64,000 bases of DNA from Bacillota bacterium (GCA_023622945.1 JAMNYG010000144.1:8520-72519); one strand, 5' to 3'; counted from the stretch's first letter, positions 30,636 through 42,002 are shown. Notes: generated from the sequence alone by a model not told the origin. Program-made: numbers and translations.

Positions 30636-31709
30636 TTATTCCACCTCTACTGTCCAGCCGAATTTGTCTTCCAGCTTCCCGGTCTGAATGCCTGTTATTG
30701 TATCATAAAGCTTCTGGGACATATCACCTATCCGGTTGTTGTTGATCACAATCTTATTACCGGACCAGTTGAGCTCACCTATGGGCGAGATTACAGCTGC
30801 AGTTCCCGTTCCGAAGGCTTCTTCGAGTTTTCCTTCGGAATGGGCCCGGTAAAGTTCCTCTATGCTTATTCTTCTTTCGGTAACCTTTACACCCCAGCTC
30901 TTAAGAAGGTGTATTACGGAGTCTCTTGTAATACCCGGCAGGATTGAGCCTTCCAGGGAGGGAGTTATGACTTCTCCGTTGATTTTGAAGAATACGTTCA
31001 TGGAACCCACTTCTTCTATATATTTCCTTTCTACCCCGTCAAGCCACAATACCTGGATATATCCCAATTCCTTGGCTTCGGCCTGTGCTTTCAGACTTGC
31101 AGCATAGTTGCCCGGAGTTTTTGCAAAGCCCGTTCCGCCTTTAACCGCCCTTACGTATTTGCTTTCAACATAAATTTTCACAGGATCTATTCCACCGGGA
31201 TAGTAAGGTCCGCTGGGTGAAAGGATTATGATGAAACTGTAAGTATGTGAAGGCCTTACACCAAGATATGGATCCGTGGCAAATATGAAAGGCCTGATAT
31301 AAAGAGAGGTGCCTTCAGCATCGGGGATCCAGTCCCTGTCGACCTTTACCAGGGCTTTTATTGCTTCAACACCAAATTCAACATCTATGGGCGGGATACA
31401 CATTCTTTCATTGGATACATTGATTCTTTCCATGTTCTTTTCGGGTCTGAACAAAAGAACTCTTCCATCCCCGGTCTTATATGCCTTCAGTCCCTCAAAG
31501 ACAGCCTGCCCGTAATGAAGAACCATGGTTGAAGGTTCAAGGGTAAGCGGTCCGTAAGGCACTATTCTGGCATTGTGCCAGCCTTTTCCCTCAATATAAT
31601 CCATCATAAACATATGATCGGTAAAAATCTGACCGAAACCAAGCTTGCCGGGGTCAGCCGGTTTTTGTCTGGGAGTGGCGGTTTTATTGATTGAAATTTG
31701 CATTGACAT
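30636..31709 (-). CDS. ilvE: Branched-chain amino acid aminotransferase
   Basis: LHYGQAVFEGLKAY, SLYIRP, AKTPGNYAAS, ILPGITR, GTAAVISP. Confidence 0.95.
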   Translation of the reverse strand: MSMQISINKTATPRQKPADPGKLGFGQIFTDHMFMMDYIEGKGWHNARIVPYGPLTLEPSTMVLHYGQAVFEGLKAYKTGDGRVLLFRPEKNMERINVSNERMCIPPIDVEFGVEAIKALVKVDRDWIPDAEGTSLYIRPFIFATDPYLGVRPSHTYSFIIILSPSGPYYPGGIDPVKIYVESKYVRAVKGGTGFAKTPGNYAASLKAQAEAKELGYIQVLWLDGVERKYIEEVGSMNVFFKINGEVITPSLEGSILPGITRDSVIHLLKSWGVKVTERRISIEELYRAHSEGKLEEAFGTGTAAVISPIGELNWSGNKIVINNNRIGDMSQKLYDTITGIQTGKLEDKFGWTVEVE

Positions 31710-31951
31710 AAAGTTTACCCCTTTCGAAAACCTTTATACGATAAAACTTTCATAATATTATACACTTATTATTTAACGATGGAAAGAGATGAATTGTTAA
31801 AGTTGTTTCAAATTATGGTAAAGCTGTTTTAAATCAGCTTGTCATGGGTATGATATTTTTGCTATTATATCATGGAATATAATCTTAATATAACTCTTGT
31901 TAAGACATATCATATAACTGTTATTAAATATAAATCCATATGGAGGAACAG

Positions 31952-32518
31952 ATGATTGAAAGATTTTTTCCCGACCTGATAGTGGACAGGGTGCAGGATA
32001 TTGACACCGACATGCTTCGCGTAAATTCCGTCAAGGGGCTGATACTTGACATAGATAATACCCTTGTTCCTCAGCATATGAAAGAGGCCGACAAGAATGC
32101 GGTGAAATGGGTTGAACACATAAAGCAGTGCGGCTTTAAGGTATGCATAGTTTCAAACGCTTCCAGAAAGAGAGTCGTCAGGTTTAACGAGAAGTTAAAA
32201 GTATATGCGGTCCACAGGGCTTCCAAGCCCGGAACAAAGGCTTTGCTCAAAGCCGTAAGGCATATGGGGATAAAGCCTGAGGAAACTGCCATGGTGGGAG
32301 ACCAGATATTTACGGATGTATACGGCGGAAACAGGCTCAATATGTTTACCATTTTGGTTAAACCTATAGACAGAAGAGAGTTTTTCTTCGTTAAGCTTAA
32401 AAGGCTGCCGGAAAAACTTGTCCACAGGAGACTGCAAAATATGAAGGATGATCATGTCAGGAAACGTTTGGAGTGGAAAAAAAAGAGTGTTGAAAAAATA
32501 TTAAAAAAACAAAAATAA
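31952..32518 (+). CDS. yqeG: YqeG-family HAD IIIA phosphatase
   Basis: DIDNTLV, IVSN, KP, VGDQIFTDV. Confidence 0.9.
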   Translation: MIERFFPDLIVDRVQDIDTDMLRVNSVKGLILDIDNTLVPQHMKEADKNAVKWVEHIKQCGFKVCIVSNASRKRVVRFNEKLKVYAVHRASKPGTKALLKAVRHMGIKPEETAMVGDQIFTDVYGGNRLNMFTILVKPIDRREFFFVKLKRLPEKLVHRRLQNMKDDHVRKRLEWKKKSVEKILKKQK

Positions 32519-32528
32519 AGGGGTAGTT

Positions 32529-33413
32529 ATGAGAATAGACAGGCGTATAACAGGTAAAACAAAGATTTTGGGGGTTCTGGGAAATCCCATAGAACATACA
32601 TTTTCGCCTCAACTCCACAATACCATCAGCAAATATCTCAAGGTAGATGCTGTTTACATTCCCTTCAAAGTGGAAAGGCAAGACCTTCAGGATGCAGTGA
32701 AAGGCCTGAAAGCATTAAACGTTGCAGGTTTCAATGTAACAATACCATATAAAAAGGAAATAATGAAATACATAGATGAAAATTCGCGGGAAGCCTTAAT
32801 CATGGGTGCTGTTAATACAGTGAAAAATATCGACGGCAGGTTCTACGGGTACAACACCGACGGTGAAGGTTTTGCCAGGGCGTTCAAGGAGGAGACCGGT
32901 ACCGATTTCAAAGGCAAGGATGTTGTGATACTGGGTGCGGGTGGAGCTGCCAGGGCTATTGCCACCAAGGTTGCCATTGAGGGAGCAAAGAACATACATA
33001 TCATTAACCGCACCCCCGAGCGGGCCCAGGAGATTGCAGAGCTGATCAACAATAACATAAGAAGAATTGTTGATGCCTATGACAGCAAGGATGATGCAGC
33101 GGTGGAAGTCTTCAGGAAAAGCGATGTTATAGTTAATACCGTTCCTTTGGGGATGTATCCTGATACCGATGCCGTCCCCGTGGATGAGCGGTATGATTTT
33201 TCCGGTCACCAGGTGGTGTATGACACAATATACAATCCTCCAAAGACCAGGTTCCTTTCCCTTGCGGAGAAGAAAGGGTGTAAAACGGTTAACGGCCTTG
33301 GAATGCTTTTCTACCAGGGGATATTTGCATACGAGATATGGACAGGGATCAAGCTGGGCCATGACTTCGTCATGGAAGTTTTTAAAGCTTTTGCAGGACT
33401 TTTGACAAGGTAA
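32529..33413 (+). CDS. aroE: Shikimate dehydrogenase
   Basis: GNPIEHTFSP, NVTIPYK, GAVNT, NTDG, GAGGAA, GLGMLFYQG. Confidence 0.94.
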   Translation: MRIDRRITGKTKILGVLGNPIEHTFSPQLHNTISKYLKVDAVYIPFKVERQDLQDAVKGLKALNVAGFNVTIPYKKEIMKYIDENSREALIMGAVNTVKNIDGRFYGYNTDGEGFARAFKEETGTDFKGKDVVILGAGGAARAIATKVAIEGAKNIHIINRTPERAQEIAELINNNIRRIVDAYDSKDDAAVEVFRKSDVIVNTVPLGMYPDTDAVPVDERYDFSGHQVVYDTIYNPPKTRFLSLAEKKGCKTVNGLGMLFYQGIFAYEIWTGIKLGHDFVMEVFKAFAGLLTR

Positions 33414-33538
33414 AGAAGGATTTGAGAAATGATTATTGAATTTATACATTAATTGAGTATTTTAAACATCATGATAACATGAGAAAGATCGTTGTTGGGT
33501 TACCAACAACAAATACAATGGTGGAGGGGGGCGTTTTC

Positions 33539-33805
33539 ATGCTGCAGATTAAAAACTGGATGGAAGAGGTTGTATTCAACTTCATGGATGAAGTTCTAAG
33601 CGGCATGGATATATGCAGATGTGAAAAATGCAGACTGGATATTGCTGCAATAGCATTGAACCAGCTTCCGCCCAAGTATGTGGTTACTGAAAGAGGAGAA
33701 GTATATTCCAAGGTAAATATCCTGAGGCAGCAGTTTGAAGTGGATGTAGTTTCAGCTGTAACAAAAGCTGCTGAAACGGTTAGGAAGAATCCTCAGCACG
33801 GATAA
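33539..33805 (+). CDS. ComFB-family protein
   Basis: KNWMEEVV, CRCEKCRLDIAAIALNQLPPKYVV, NPQH. Confidence 0.85.
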   Translation: MLQIKNWMEEVVFNFMDEVLSGMDICRCEKCRLDIAAIALNQLPPKYVVTERGEVYSKVNILRQQFEVDVVSAVTKAAETVRKNPQHG

Positions 33806-33841
33806 TAAACTCAAAAATATACACGGATACGGGGAGAGCAG

Positions 33842-34702
33842 ATGATAAGATTTGGACCTTCAGGCAATTCAGAAAGCTTTTACAGGCAGGGATACAAGTC
33901 TTCGGTTCAGATGCCTCAATGGCTGGCCCGGTTGGGCCTGAATGCTTATGAGTATCAATGCAGCAAGGGCATCAATATTGGCAGGACAACGGCCGAAGAG
34001 TTAGGCAAGGAAGCAATGAAGCATGATATATTTCTCAGCGTCCATGCACCTTACTATATCAACATGGCAAGTGAAGACCCGGCAAAGAGGGAAAAATCAA
34101 AGGAATACATATTGCGGACGCTGGAAGTGGCAAGATGGATGGGAGCCCGAAGAATTGTAGTGCATACGGGATCCTGCTCCAATACCGACAGAAGAATTGC
34201 CCTTGAAACTGCCATCCGGGTTTTGAGGGAAACCATTGCGGAAGCGGATAACAGGGGATATTCGGATATAACCATATGTCCTGAGGTGTTGGGGAAGATA
34301 AATCAGCTTGGATCCCTCGATGAAATCATTGAGATGTGCAAAACGGATGAAAGGCTGATTCCCACCATTGATTTCGGACATCTGCATGCAAGGGGCATGG
34401 GAGCCCTTAATTCTCCGGAAGACTTTGAAAGGGTCCTGGAGACAATAGAAAACTCCCTTGGGACCGAGAGATTAAAAAAACTGCATTGTCATTTCAGCAG
34501 GGTGGAATTTTCCAAGGGAGGAGAGAAAAAACACTGGACATACAGCGATGTCCAATACGGGCCGGAATTTGAATTTCTTGCAGAAGCCATCGCAAGAAGA
34601 GGCATGGAACCGGTGATAATATGCGAATCAAGGGAGAACATGGCAGAAGATGCTCTTGAGCTGAAGCGCATATACGGAAGGATTTCGGGGGAATTGGTAT
34701 GA
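33842..34702 (+). CDS. Endonuclease IV-like TIM barrel protein
   Basis: HAPYYIN, VVHTG, DFGHLHA, HCHFS, ICES. Confidence 0.85.
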   Translation: MIRFGPSGNSESFYRQGYKSSVQMPQWLARLGLNAYEYQCSKGINIGRTTAEELGKEAMKHDIFLSVHAPYYINMASEDPAKREKSKEYILRTLEVARWMGARRIVVHTGSCSNTDRRIALETAIRVLRETIAEADNRGYSDITICPEVLGKINQLGSLDEIIEMCKTDERLIPTIDFGHLHARGMGALNSPEDFERVLETIENSLGTERLKKLHCHFSRVEFSKGGEKKHWTYSDVQYGPEFEFLAEAIARRGMEPVIICESRENMAEDALELKRIYGRISGELV

Positions 34703-35127
34703 AAAGAGTACTGGTAATAAACGGGCCTAACCTTAACCTTCTGGGCAGCAGGGAAAAGGATGTCTACGGAACCGAAACATTGACCGACATAGCCCGCAAG
34801 GTTATGATTGAAGCGGAAAGACTTGGTCTTGAGGCTGATTTTGTTCAGTCCAACCACGAGGGAGAGATAATTGATAAGATACATGAAGCCAGGGGTAAGT
34901 ATGACGTTCTGATCATCAACCCCGGAGCATATACCCATTACAGCATTGCAATAAGGGATGCCATCAAGGCTGTAGAAATTCCTGCCATAGAAATTCACCT
35001 GTCAAACATACACAGCAGGGAGGAATTCAGAAGGATATCGGTGATTGCGCCGGTATGTGTAGGTCAGATATGCGGCTTTGGGAGCACCAGCTATATTTTG
35101 GCCATGCATGCCGCAAGCCTGTTATAG
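34699..35127 (+). CDS. aroQ: Type II 3-dehydroquinate dehydratase
   Basis: INGPNLNLLG.RE, QSNHEG, NPGAYTHYS, EIHLSN. Confidence 0.96.
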   Translation: MKRVLVINGPNLNLLGSREKDVYGTETLTDIARKVMIEAERLGLEADFVQSNHEGEIIDKIHEARGKYDVLIINPGAYTHYSIAIRDAIKAVEIPAIEIHLSNIHSREEFRRISVIAPVCVGQICGFGSTSYILAMHAASLL

Positions 35128-35273
35128 TTTGCTGTTTTACTAATTCTGCTTATTTTAACGGTTGCAACAGTTTATTTTTATTTTAAGTTGAAGTGCTTAT
35201 TGTTTTATTGCTGTTTATTTTATGCCTTGCTGTTTTATCATTTATTCTTACTGAAATTAATGGAGATGATAAC

Positions 35274-36380
35274 ATGAGCAAATTGGATTCGGAAAAAGTC
35301 AAAACAGGCATTCATGCAAAAAGACTTGAGGTTCTGAGAAGGAAACTGAAGGAAAAGGGTTTGGATGCAGCGCTGATAACCAAAAGGGAAAATTACCTGT
35401 ATATGTCGGGTTTTACAGGAACATCAGCATGCCTTGTGATTACCGACAGCAAAGCCTTCCTGATAACCGATTTCCGCTATACAGAACAGGCGACGGCACA
35501 GGCACCTCTGTATGAAGTGGTAAGGTATAAGGACAGCCTCACAGAAACAATAAATTCGGTGCTGGAGGGCAAGGGTGTGAATGTCCTCGGTTTTGAGGAT
35601 ACCTATCTTACGTATGACAAGTATGTACAATATAAATCCGGGCTGAATGTCAAGGAATTCATGCCTTTGGGCAAGACGCTGGAAAGCATGAGAATGGTCA
35701 AGGATGCCGAGGAGACAGAAAACATTGAAAAAGCTGTAAAGATAGCAGATGAAGCATTCAGACATATTCTGAATTTCATAAAACCCGGAGTTAAAGAAAT
35801 TGAGCTGGCTGCCGAACTGGAATATTTTATGAAAAAGAAAGGGGTAACCGGGCCTTCCTTTGAAACCATAATAGCATCCGGTTACCGTTCTTCCATGCCT
35901 CACGGTACGGCATCAGAGAAGAAGATTGAGCTTGGAGATCCGATTACATTTGACTTTGGAGCTATATATAACAATTACTGTTCCGATATGACCAGGACGG
36001 TTTTCGTAGGGCAGCCCGATGAAACCATGAAAAACATCTACAACATAGTTCTGAAGGCTCAGCAAAGGGCTTGTGAAGGAGCCGTTGCAGGGCTTACCGG
36101 AAAAGAGATAGACAAAATCGCAAGGGATATCATTTCAGAAGCAGGATATGGTGAGAACTTCGGTCATGGACTGGGGCATGGGGTCGGACTGGAAATTCAT
36201 GAGGATCCCAGGCTGTCGGTATCGGGTGAAGTAACCATGGAAGACGGCATGGTTGTTACAGTTGAACCAGGTATATATTTGCCCGGTGTGGGAGGAGTGC
36301 GAATTGAAGATGTCGTTGTGATTAACAAAGACAAGCCCCGGATTCTGACTGAATCCCCAAAGGAACTGATAGTCCTGTGA
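35274..36380 (+). CDS. Xaa-Pro aminopeptidase (M24)
   Basis: [36 protein letters not shown]; upstream of efp. Confidence 0.93.
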   Translation: MSKLDSEKVKTGIHAKRLEVLRRKLKEKGLDAALITKRENYLYMSGFTGTSACLVITDSKAFLITDFRYTEQATAQAPLYEVVRYKDSLTETINSVLEGKGVNVLGFEDTYLTYDKYVQYKSGLNVKEFMPLGKTLESMRMVKDAEETENIEKAVKIADEAFRHILNFIKPGVKEIELAAELEYFMKKKGVTGPSFETIIASGYRSSMPHGTASEKKIELGDPITFDFGAIYNNYCSDMTRTVFVGQPDETMKNIYNIVLKAQQRACEGAVAGLTGKEIDKIARDIISEAGYGENFGHGLGHGVGLEIHEDPRLSVSGEVTMEDGMVVTVEPGIYLPGVGGVRIEDVVVINKDKPRILTESPKELIVL

Positions 36381-36536
36381 CATGAAATAGAAAAAATTTC
36401 TTGCAATGAACATAACTTTATTTTAATATAAATTAGGATATGCTAGTAAAGGAAAGATTCCGGAGAAGCCGGGATATCATAATGAAGAGGTTAAAAAAAT
36501 TACTTTTGCATACATTTTATAGTTGGAGGTAAAAAG

Positions 36537-37094
36537 ATGATAACAGCAGGAGATTTTAAAAACGGAATAACTTTCGAAATGGACGGTCAGGTTTATCAGG
36601 TTGTTGAATTTCAGCATGTCAAGCCTGGCAAAGGTGCCGCCTTTGTTCGGACAAAACTGAAGAATATTATTACCGGTGCTACCATTGAAAAGTCTTTCAG
36701 CCCCACGGATAAACTGCCGAAAGCTCATATTGAAAGAAAAGACATGCAATACCTTTACAATGATGGAGAACTGTATTACTTCATGGATGTTGAAACCTAT
36801 GAACAGTTGCCTTTAAACAAGGAAACCATAGGAGATTCCCTGAAATTTGTAAAAGAAAACATGATAGTAAAAATTCTTTCATATAAGGGCAACGTGTTCG
36901 GCATTGAGCCTCCCACTTTTGTTGAGCTGGTTGTGACAGAGACAGAACCGGGATTCAGGGGCGATACGGCCACCAACGTTACAAAGCCTGCAACGGTTGA
37001 GACCGGTGCCACAATAAAGGTACCTCTTTTCGTAAACCAGGGTGACACAATAAGGATAGACACAAGAACCGGTGAGTATATGGAAAGGGTATAA
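36537..37094 (+). CDS. efp: Elongation factor P
   Basis: [33 protein letters not shown]. Confidence 0.98.
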   Translation: MITAGDFKNGITFEMDGQVYQVVEFQHVKPGKGAAFVRTKLKNIITGATIEKSFSPTDKLPKAHIERKDMQYLYNDGELYYFMDVETYEQLPLNKETIGDSLKFVKENMIVKILSYKGNVFGIEPPTFVELVVTETEPGFRGDTATNVTKPATVETGATIKVPLFVNQGDTIRIDTRTGEYMERV

Positions 37095-37132
37095 CGGGAA
37101 TACTACAAAAAAAGTTCTATGGAGGATAAGAT

Positions 37133-37561
37133 ATGGGATTTTTGAGAGAAAGGGTGGCTTATCTCAGAGGACTGGCTGAAGGGATGAAGCTGGACGAGGC
37201 ATCCAATGAAGGCAAACTTATAAAGGCGATACTTGATGTACTGGATGACTTTGCGCTTACGGTTGAGGACATTGAGGAAGTCCAGGAACAGCTCAGTCAG
37301 CAGGTTGAGGACATCGATCAGGATCTTTCTGAGGTTGAGCACTATTTAATGGGTTATGATGAGGACGAAGATGAAGACGATGAAGTGATTTTAAAGGAAA
37401 TAACATGCCCTTATTGCAATGAGAAATTTGATGTGGATATAGACCTTTTGGATGAAGGCGAAACAGTATTGGAATGTCCTAACTGCCATAAGGATATAGA
37501 GATTGATGTGGATGATTTCTGTGAGTGTTGTGGCAGGGGACTTGATGAGGATGAGGAATAA
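37133..37561 (+). CDS. Acidic zinc-ribbon protein (CD1247-like), conserved after efp
   Basis: ERVAYLRGLAEG N-terminus, CPYC and CPNC motifs, D/E-rich. Confidence 0.75.
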   Translation: MGFLRERVAYLRGLAEGMKLDEASNEGKLIKAILDVLDDFALTVEDIEEVQEQLSQQVEDIDQDLSEVEHYLMGYDEDEDEDDEVILKEITCPYCNEKFDVDIDLLDEGETVLECPNCHKDIEIDVDDFCECCGRGLDEDEE

Positions 37562-37656
37562 GTAAAGAAACGGTTTTTAGGTATGGAAACACTTTAAGGT
37601 ACAAAGACACATTAAGATACGGGTACAATTCTAAAACTGGAAAGTAATACTTAAAA

Positions 37657-37718
37657 TAAAAGGGGCATTTCTCAAGCTCCGAAGCTGTGCTTCGGAGAAG
37701 AGAAGTGTCCCTTTTTTA
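37657..37718. terminator. REP-like palindrome probably acting as a terminator
   Basis: AAAAGGGGCATTTCTC...GAGAAGTGTCCCCTTTTTT; shares the GGGGACACTTCTCTT arm with the 16.4 and 52.7 kb copies. Confidence 0.7.
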
Positions 37719-37786
37719 TTCTTTTTTTGTTGTCATAATTTGGGACAAAGCTTAATATCTATAGTACTACTAAGGGGGAATGAGCC

Positions 37787-38797
37787 TTGTACCAAACAAA
37801 AGAAATTCATGGGAAAGATTGCGGAGCATACATAATCAGAAATGAAATTATGCAAAGCATATCCCAGGGTGTAAGAAACGTCCTGTTGAAAATCCATCCT
37901 GAAATACTGGATCTGGTTGAGGAAATAAGGATGAGGGCTGAAAAGCCTTTAATGATCCACAATTACAGCGGAGACTGGTTTGTTGCCCATGACGGAAGGC
38001 TGAGCAAAACACCCGACCGTTCCTATATTGTTTCTCAGTACGAAATATTGAGGACTCTTGAACTGATGAGCGAAAATTCCATCTATGCATATCAGGACGA
38101 GATAAGGAACGGATACATTACGCTAAAAGGCGGTCACAGGGTGGGGATCATAGGTAAGGCAGTAATGGACGGAGAAAAGGTCAAAAACATCAAGGATATC
38201 TCTTCATTGAACATAAGGGTGTCAAGAGAAGTCATAGGATGTGCTGAAAAAATGATGGAATATATTGTAAACGGAAGAAACAGGGTGTACAACACACTGA
38301 TAATTTCTCCTCCGCAATGCGGTAAAACCACCATGTTGAGAGATATTGCAAGACTTCTTAGCGATGGCATGGAACGGCCGCCCTTTGACGGAGTGAAAGT
38401 GGGCATTGTTGATGAAAGGTCTGAAATCGCCGCATGTTACAGGGGCATCCCCCAAAACCGGGTAGGTTTAAGGACGGATGTTCTTGACGGTTGCCCCAAG
38501 TATATAGGAATGGACATTATGCTGAGGTCAATGTCCCCCCAGGTGATAATCACCGATGAAATAGGCAACAGGGGGGACGGGGATGCGATTATGAGGGTAA
38601 TAAATGCAGGCGTTAAGATAATCGCATCTGCCCACGGATACAATATTTCAGAACTGAAGTCTCGCCGGGAAGTTATAAACCTTATGGAGGAAAAGGTTTT
38701 TGAAAGGTATATAGTGCTGAGCAATACCAGCGGACCCGGCACATTAGAAGAGATTGTTGACGGATTGAAAATGCAAAAGATTCCGGTGGCCGGTTAG
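37787..38797 (+). CDS. spoIIIAA: Stage III sporulation protein AA
   Basis: EEIRMR, GYITLKGGHRVG, SPPQCGKTT, DERSEIA, RSMSP...DEIG. Confidence 0.95.
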   Translation: MYQTKEIHGKDCGAYIIRNEIMQSISQGVRNVLLKIHPEILDLVEEIRMRAEKPLMIHNYSGDWFVAHDGRLSKTPDRSYIVSQYEILRTLELMSENSIYAYQDEIRNGYITLKGGHRVGIIGKAVMDGEKVKNIKDISSLNIRVSREVIGCAEKMMEYIVNGRNRVYNTLIISPPQCGKTTMLRDIARLLSDGMERPPFDGVKVGIVDERSEIAACYRGIPQNRVGLRTDVLDGCPKYIGMDIMLRSMSPQVIITDEIGNRGDGDAIMRVINAGVKIIASAHGYNISELKSRREVINLMEEKVFERYIVLSNTSGPGTLEEIVDGLKMQKIPVAG

Positions 38798-38840
38798 ATG
38801 ACGGAATATGAAACTGATAATAAAAATGGAGAGGATCTGA

Positions 38841-39362
38841 ATGCTGCTTAAGATTGTTGGGAGCCTGATGATTCTGTCTGCATCAAGTTTCCTGGGTTAC
38901 ATGCTTTCAAGGGAGTGCGCAAGGAGGCCGGAAGAGCTCAGGGAATTACAGGGACAGCTTCAGATGCTTGAGAATGAAATAAGTTTTATGTCAAATGTTC
39001 TTGCAGACGCCTTATACAACGTTTCCAGTAACAGCAGAAGCAAGGTGGGAAATTTCTTCGGCCGCACAGCTGAGATTTTAAAACAAGGGAAAGGCATCAA
39101 TGCGTCGGATGCCTGGGAGGCGGCGGTAAGAGAGAATATAGGGAAGACTGCGCTAAATAAGGAAGATCAGGAGATACTCATATCTTTCGGTAAAATGCTG
39201 GGAAGTTCCGATATGGACGGACAGATCAGGAATATAAGGCTTACGATGGAGCAGCTTAAGCAACAGGAGAAAAAGGCAGAGGAATCAAAAATAAAAAACC
39301 AGACCATGTACAGGAATCTCGGTATGCTGGGCGGATTGGCCATAATAGTCATCCTGTTCTGA
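38841..39362 (+). CDS. spoIIIAB: Stage III sporulation protein AB
   Basis: LENEI, LGSSD..GQ, LGMLGGLAIIVIL; operon position. Confidence 0.92.
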   Translation: MLLKIVGSLMILSASSFLGYMLSRECARRPEELRELQGQLQMLENEISFMSNVLADALYNVSSNSRSKVGNFFGRTAEILKQGKGINASDAWEAAVRENIGKTALNKEDQEILISFGKMLGSSDMDGQIRNIRLTMEQLKQQEKKAEESKIKNQTMYRNLGMLGGLAIIVILF

Positions 39363-39404
39363 TAATAAACGGTAAACACCGGATATGTGAGGGGTTATGG
39401 ACAG

Positions 39405-39599
39405 ATGGGCATTGATCTTATATTTAGAATAGCAACCATTGGTATATTGGTTTCCATATTAAATGCGGTCCTGAACAAGTCAGGACGCGAGGAACAGGCC
39501 ATGATGACTTCATTGGCCGGTCTGGTAATTGTCCTCCTTATGGTGGCGAGAGAAATTGCAAACCTTTTCAATGTGGTCAAAACACTCTTTAATCTATGA
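39405..39599 (+). CDS. spoIIIAC: Stage III sporulation protein AC
   Basis: IDLIFRIATIG...SGREEQA...VKTLF. Confidence 0.92.
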   Translation: MGIDLIFRIATIGILVSILNAVLNKSGREEQAMMTSLAGLVIVLLMVAREIANLFNVVKTLFNL

Positions 39600-39623
39600 G
39601 CACAGCAAAGGCGGAGGATTCCG

Positions 39624-40010
39624 GTGGAGATAATTCAGATAGTCGGCATTGGCATAGTGGCTACGGTACTGGTATTGGTGCTGAAGAACCAAAGGCCGGA
39701 ACTGGGTATTTTGGTAAGCATCATAACAGGCCTTGTAATATTCTTTTTCGCAGCAGCAAAGCTCGTTGGTGTCATTGAACTCCTGAAAGATTACGCCAGG
39801 AAAGTGAACATTGATTCCCTATACATTTCCACATTGCTTAAGGTCATAGGAATAGCATATATTGCTGAATTCGGAGCGGAGATATGCAAAGATGCAGGGG
39901 AAAGTTCCATAGCTTCCAAGATAGAGCTGGCAGGGAAAATCATCATAGTGGTGCTTGCGGTTCCGATAATAACTTCACTTCTGGAACTGGTTATACGGAT
40001 TTTGCCTTAG
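39624..40010 (+). CDS. spoIIIAD: Stage III sporulation protein AD
   Basis: KVIGIAYIAEFGAEICKDAGESSIASKIELAGK. Confidence 0.94.
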   Translation: MEIIQIVGIGIVATVLVLVLKNQRPELGILVSIITGLVIFFFAAAKLVGVIELLKDYARKVNIDSLYISTLLKVIGIAYIAEFGAEICKDAGESSIASKIELAGKIIIVVLAVPIITSLLELVIRILP

Positions 40011-40067
40011 GCAAAAACCTTGCGGATAAAATTCGGATAAAACTTTAAAGGAACAAGAGGAAGAGAA

Positions 40068-41312
40068 ATGAGGACCAATGGCAAAAGACCAGGTGCAAAA
40101 TTAAATATCAAGGTATTAAGAATTAAGGTTCTGTCAGCGGCGATAGCAGTGGCAGCAATTTTTACTGCCTCTTTGATCTCAGGTATGAATTGTGTTCATG
40201 CAGATGAGGAAGCCGACAGGCTTGAAATCATAGAACAGCAGCTTAATTCCGACAGCATTGCTGAAATGGAGGAACAACTGGAAAAGTTTTCTGATGAGGA
40301 AATAGAAAAAATCATACCTGAATACCGCCCGGACAAAATCCTTGAGGACGCAGCAAAAGGAAGGCTGGATTTTAACACGGCGGGGTTGTTGGCAAGAATT
40401 TGCAACTTTTTTTTCCGGGAACTTTACCAAAACCTTGGATTACTCATAAAGCTGATGGTACTTGTAGTGTTATGTTCCCTTCTTAAAAATCTTCAGGCTT
40501 CATTTTTAAGCGACAGTGTGGGAGAACTGGCTTTTTATGCATGTTATGTGGTAATAGTTTCTGTGATGTTTGTCAGTTTCAAAACCGTGCTCAACTTAGG
40601 TACGGATATAATTGACAAAATGGTGGCATTCATGCATTCTACGGTACCCATTCTTATAACGCTGCTGGTATCAGGGGGTAACATAACTTCTGCAGGTATA
40701 TTCCAGCCGGTCCTGATAATGGTTGTGGAGATGTCTGCAACTGTAATCAAAAATGTTTTCCTGCCCTTGGTAATTATGTCTGCAGTGCTTTCGGTGGTTG
40801 ACAACATTTCTGAAAAGATCCAGATTTCAAGGTTTGCCGCCCTTCTTAAACAAATTACCACATGGGGTCTGGGTTTTCTGCTTACCTTGCTGGTAGGAGT
40901 AATAACATTACAGGGAACCGTTGGAGCGGTGGTGGACGGAGTCACCGGAAAAACGGCAAAATTTGCAATAGGAACATTCATACCTATTGCGGGAAAATAC
41001 CTGGCCGATGCAGCTGAAGCAGTATTGGGGTGTACGCTGCTCATAAGAAATTCTGTAGGAATCGTAGCCCTGTTGGGAATTGTGGCAATATGCATTGTCC
41101 CTCTTCTGAAAATCCTTGCAATAGTTGCATTATACAAACTGGCCTGTGCATTGATCGAGCCTGTGGCTGAAAAGCGCATAACTGACTGCATCAATGGTGT
41201 GGCTGAATCTCTGACATATATACTCGGGATTGTGGCTTCGGTTGCGGTTATGTTCCTGATATCCATCACCGTTATGATCGGGGCCGGCAACGTCAGCACG
41301 ATGGTCAGGTAA
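40068..41312 (+). CDS. spoIIIAE: Stage III sporulation protein AE
   Basis: Multi-TM protein, KTAKFAIGTFIPIAGKYLADA; operon position. Confidence 0.92.
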   Translation: MRTNGKRPGAKLNIKVLRIKVLSAAIAVAAIFTASLISGMNCVHADEEADRLEIIEQQLNSDSIAEMEEQLEKFSDEEIEKIIPEYRPDKILEDAAKGRLDFNTAGLLARICNFFFRELYQNLGLLIKLMVLVVLCSLLKNLQASFLSDSVGELAFYACYVVIVSVMFVSFKTVLNLGTDIIDKMVAFMHSTVPILITLLVSGGNITSAGIFQPVLIMVVEMSATVIKNVFLPLVIMSAVLSVVDNISEKIQISRFAALLKQITTWGLGFLLTLLVGVITLQGTVGAVVDGVTGKTAKFAIGTFIPIAGKYLADAAEAVLGCTLLIRNSVGIVALLGIVAICIVPLLKILAIVALYKLACALIEPVAEKRITDCINGVAESLTYILGIVASVAVMFLISITVMIGAGNVSTMVR

Positions 41313-41331
41313 ATGGTATGGGGAGGGTGAG

Positions 41332-41994
41332 ATGATAGCCTTTTTAAAAAGTTGGGTGCTGAATATTGTGACGCTTGTAGTGTTTATTCTGCTCCTTGAA
41401 ATCATGATTCCTTCAGGAAAGGTGCGGAAATTCGTAAACCTGCTGACCGGCCTCATTCTCATCATGGCCCTTATCAGTCCCGTCCTTGATTTTCTGGGAA
41501 GGGGCCTGGATTTAAAAGAATTCCAGATTGCCGACACCAGGTTCCTGGACAGGAAAGAAATCGAAAGAAAGAGCAGCCTGCTGAAAGAAGAGCAGATGAA
41601 GCAGACAACCGAACTGTACAGAAAAAAGCTCATCAGGCAGATCGAAGAGAGTATCGGGAAGATTGACGGAGTGGAAAGCATAGAAGCAGACGTCATCATA
41701 AATGAAGATTACAGATCCGACTCTTTCGGAGAAATAAAAAGGATTTATCTTTATGTAAAACGGGGTGAAAAAACAGATGGCATTGCACCTGTTACCGAAA
41801 TAGAAAAGATAAGAATAAGCACCCGAAGGCCACAGGATACAGGTTCAAAATCTCAGGAGCTGTATTCAGAAGGCATGGAAGCAGAAGAAATTGACAATGA
41901 GATACGCCAACACCTGGAGGACACTGTGAGCAGGCTTTTCGGCATAGACAAGGAAAATGTGGTGGTTAATTCTGACAAAAGCCAAAGGGGGTAG
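41332..41994 (+). CDS. spoIIIAF: Stage III sporulation protein AF
   Basis: FLKSWVLNI, EIMIPSG...LISP; operon position. Confidence 0.9.
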   Translation: MIAFLKSWVLNIVTLVVFILLLEIMIPSGKVRKFVNLLTGLILIMALISPVLDFLGRGLDLKEFQIADTRFLDRKEIERKSSLLKEEQMKQTTELYRKKLIRQIEESIGKIDGVESIEADVIINEDYRSDSFGEIKRIYLYVKRGEKTDGIAPVTEIEKIRISTRRPQDTGSKSQELYSEGMEAEEIDNEIRQHLEDTVSRLFGIDKENVVVNSDKSQRG

Positions 41995-42002
41995 GATACA
42001 AA

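Noticed and set aside
35193..35273. Apparent signal peptide on the Xaa-Pro peptidase
   Set aside because: Comes from a T-rich low-complexity spacer; the GGAG RBS favours ATG 35274
40544..41299. Long antisense ORFs (also 13885-14643 and 32796-33449)
   Set aside because: Shadow ORFs opposite conserved genes, with no motifs of their own
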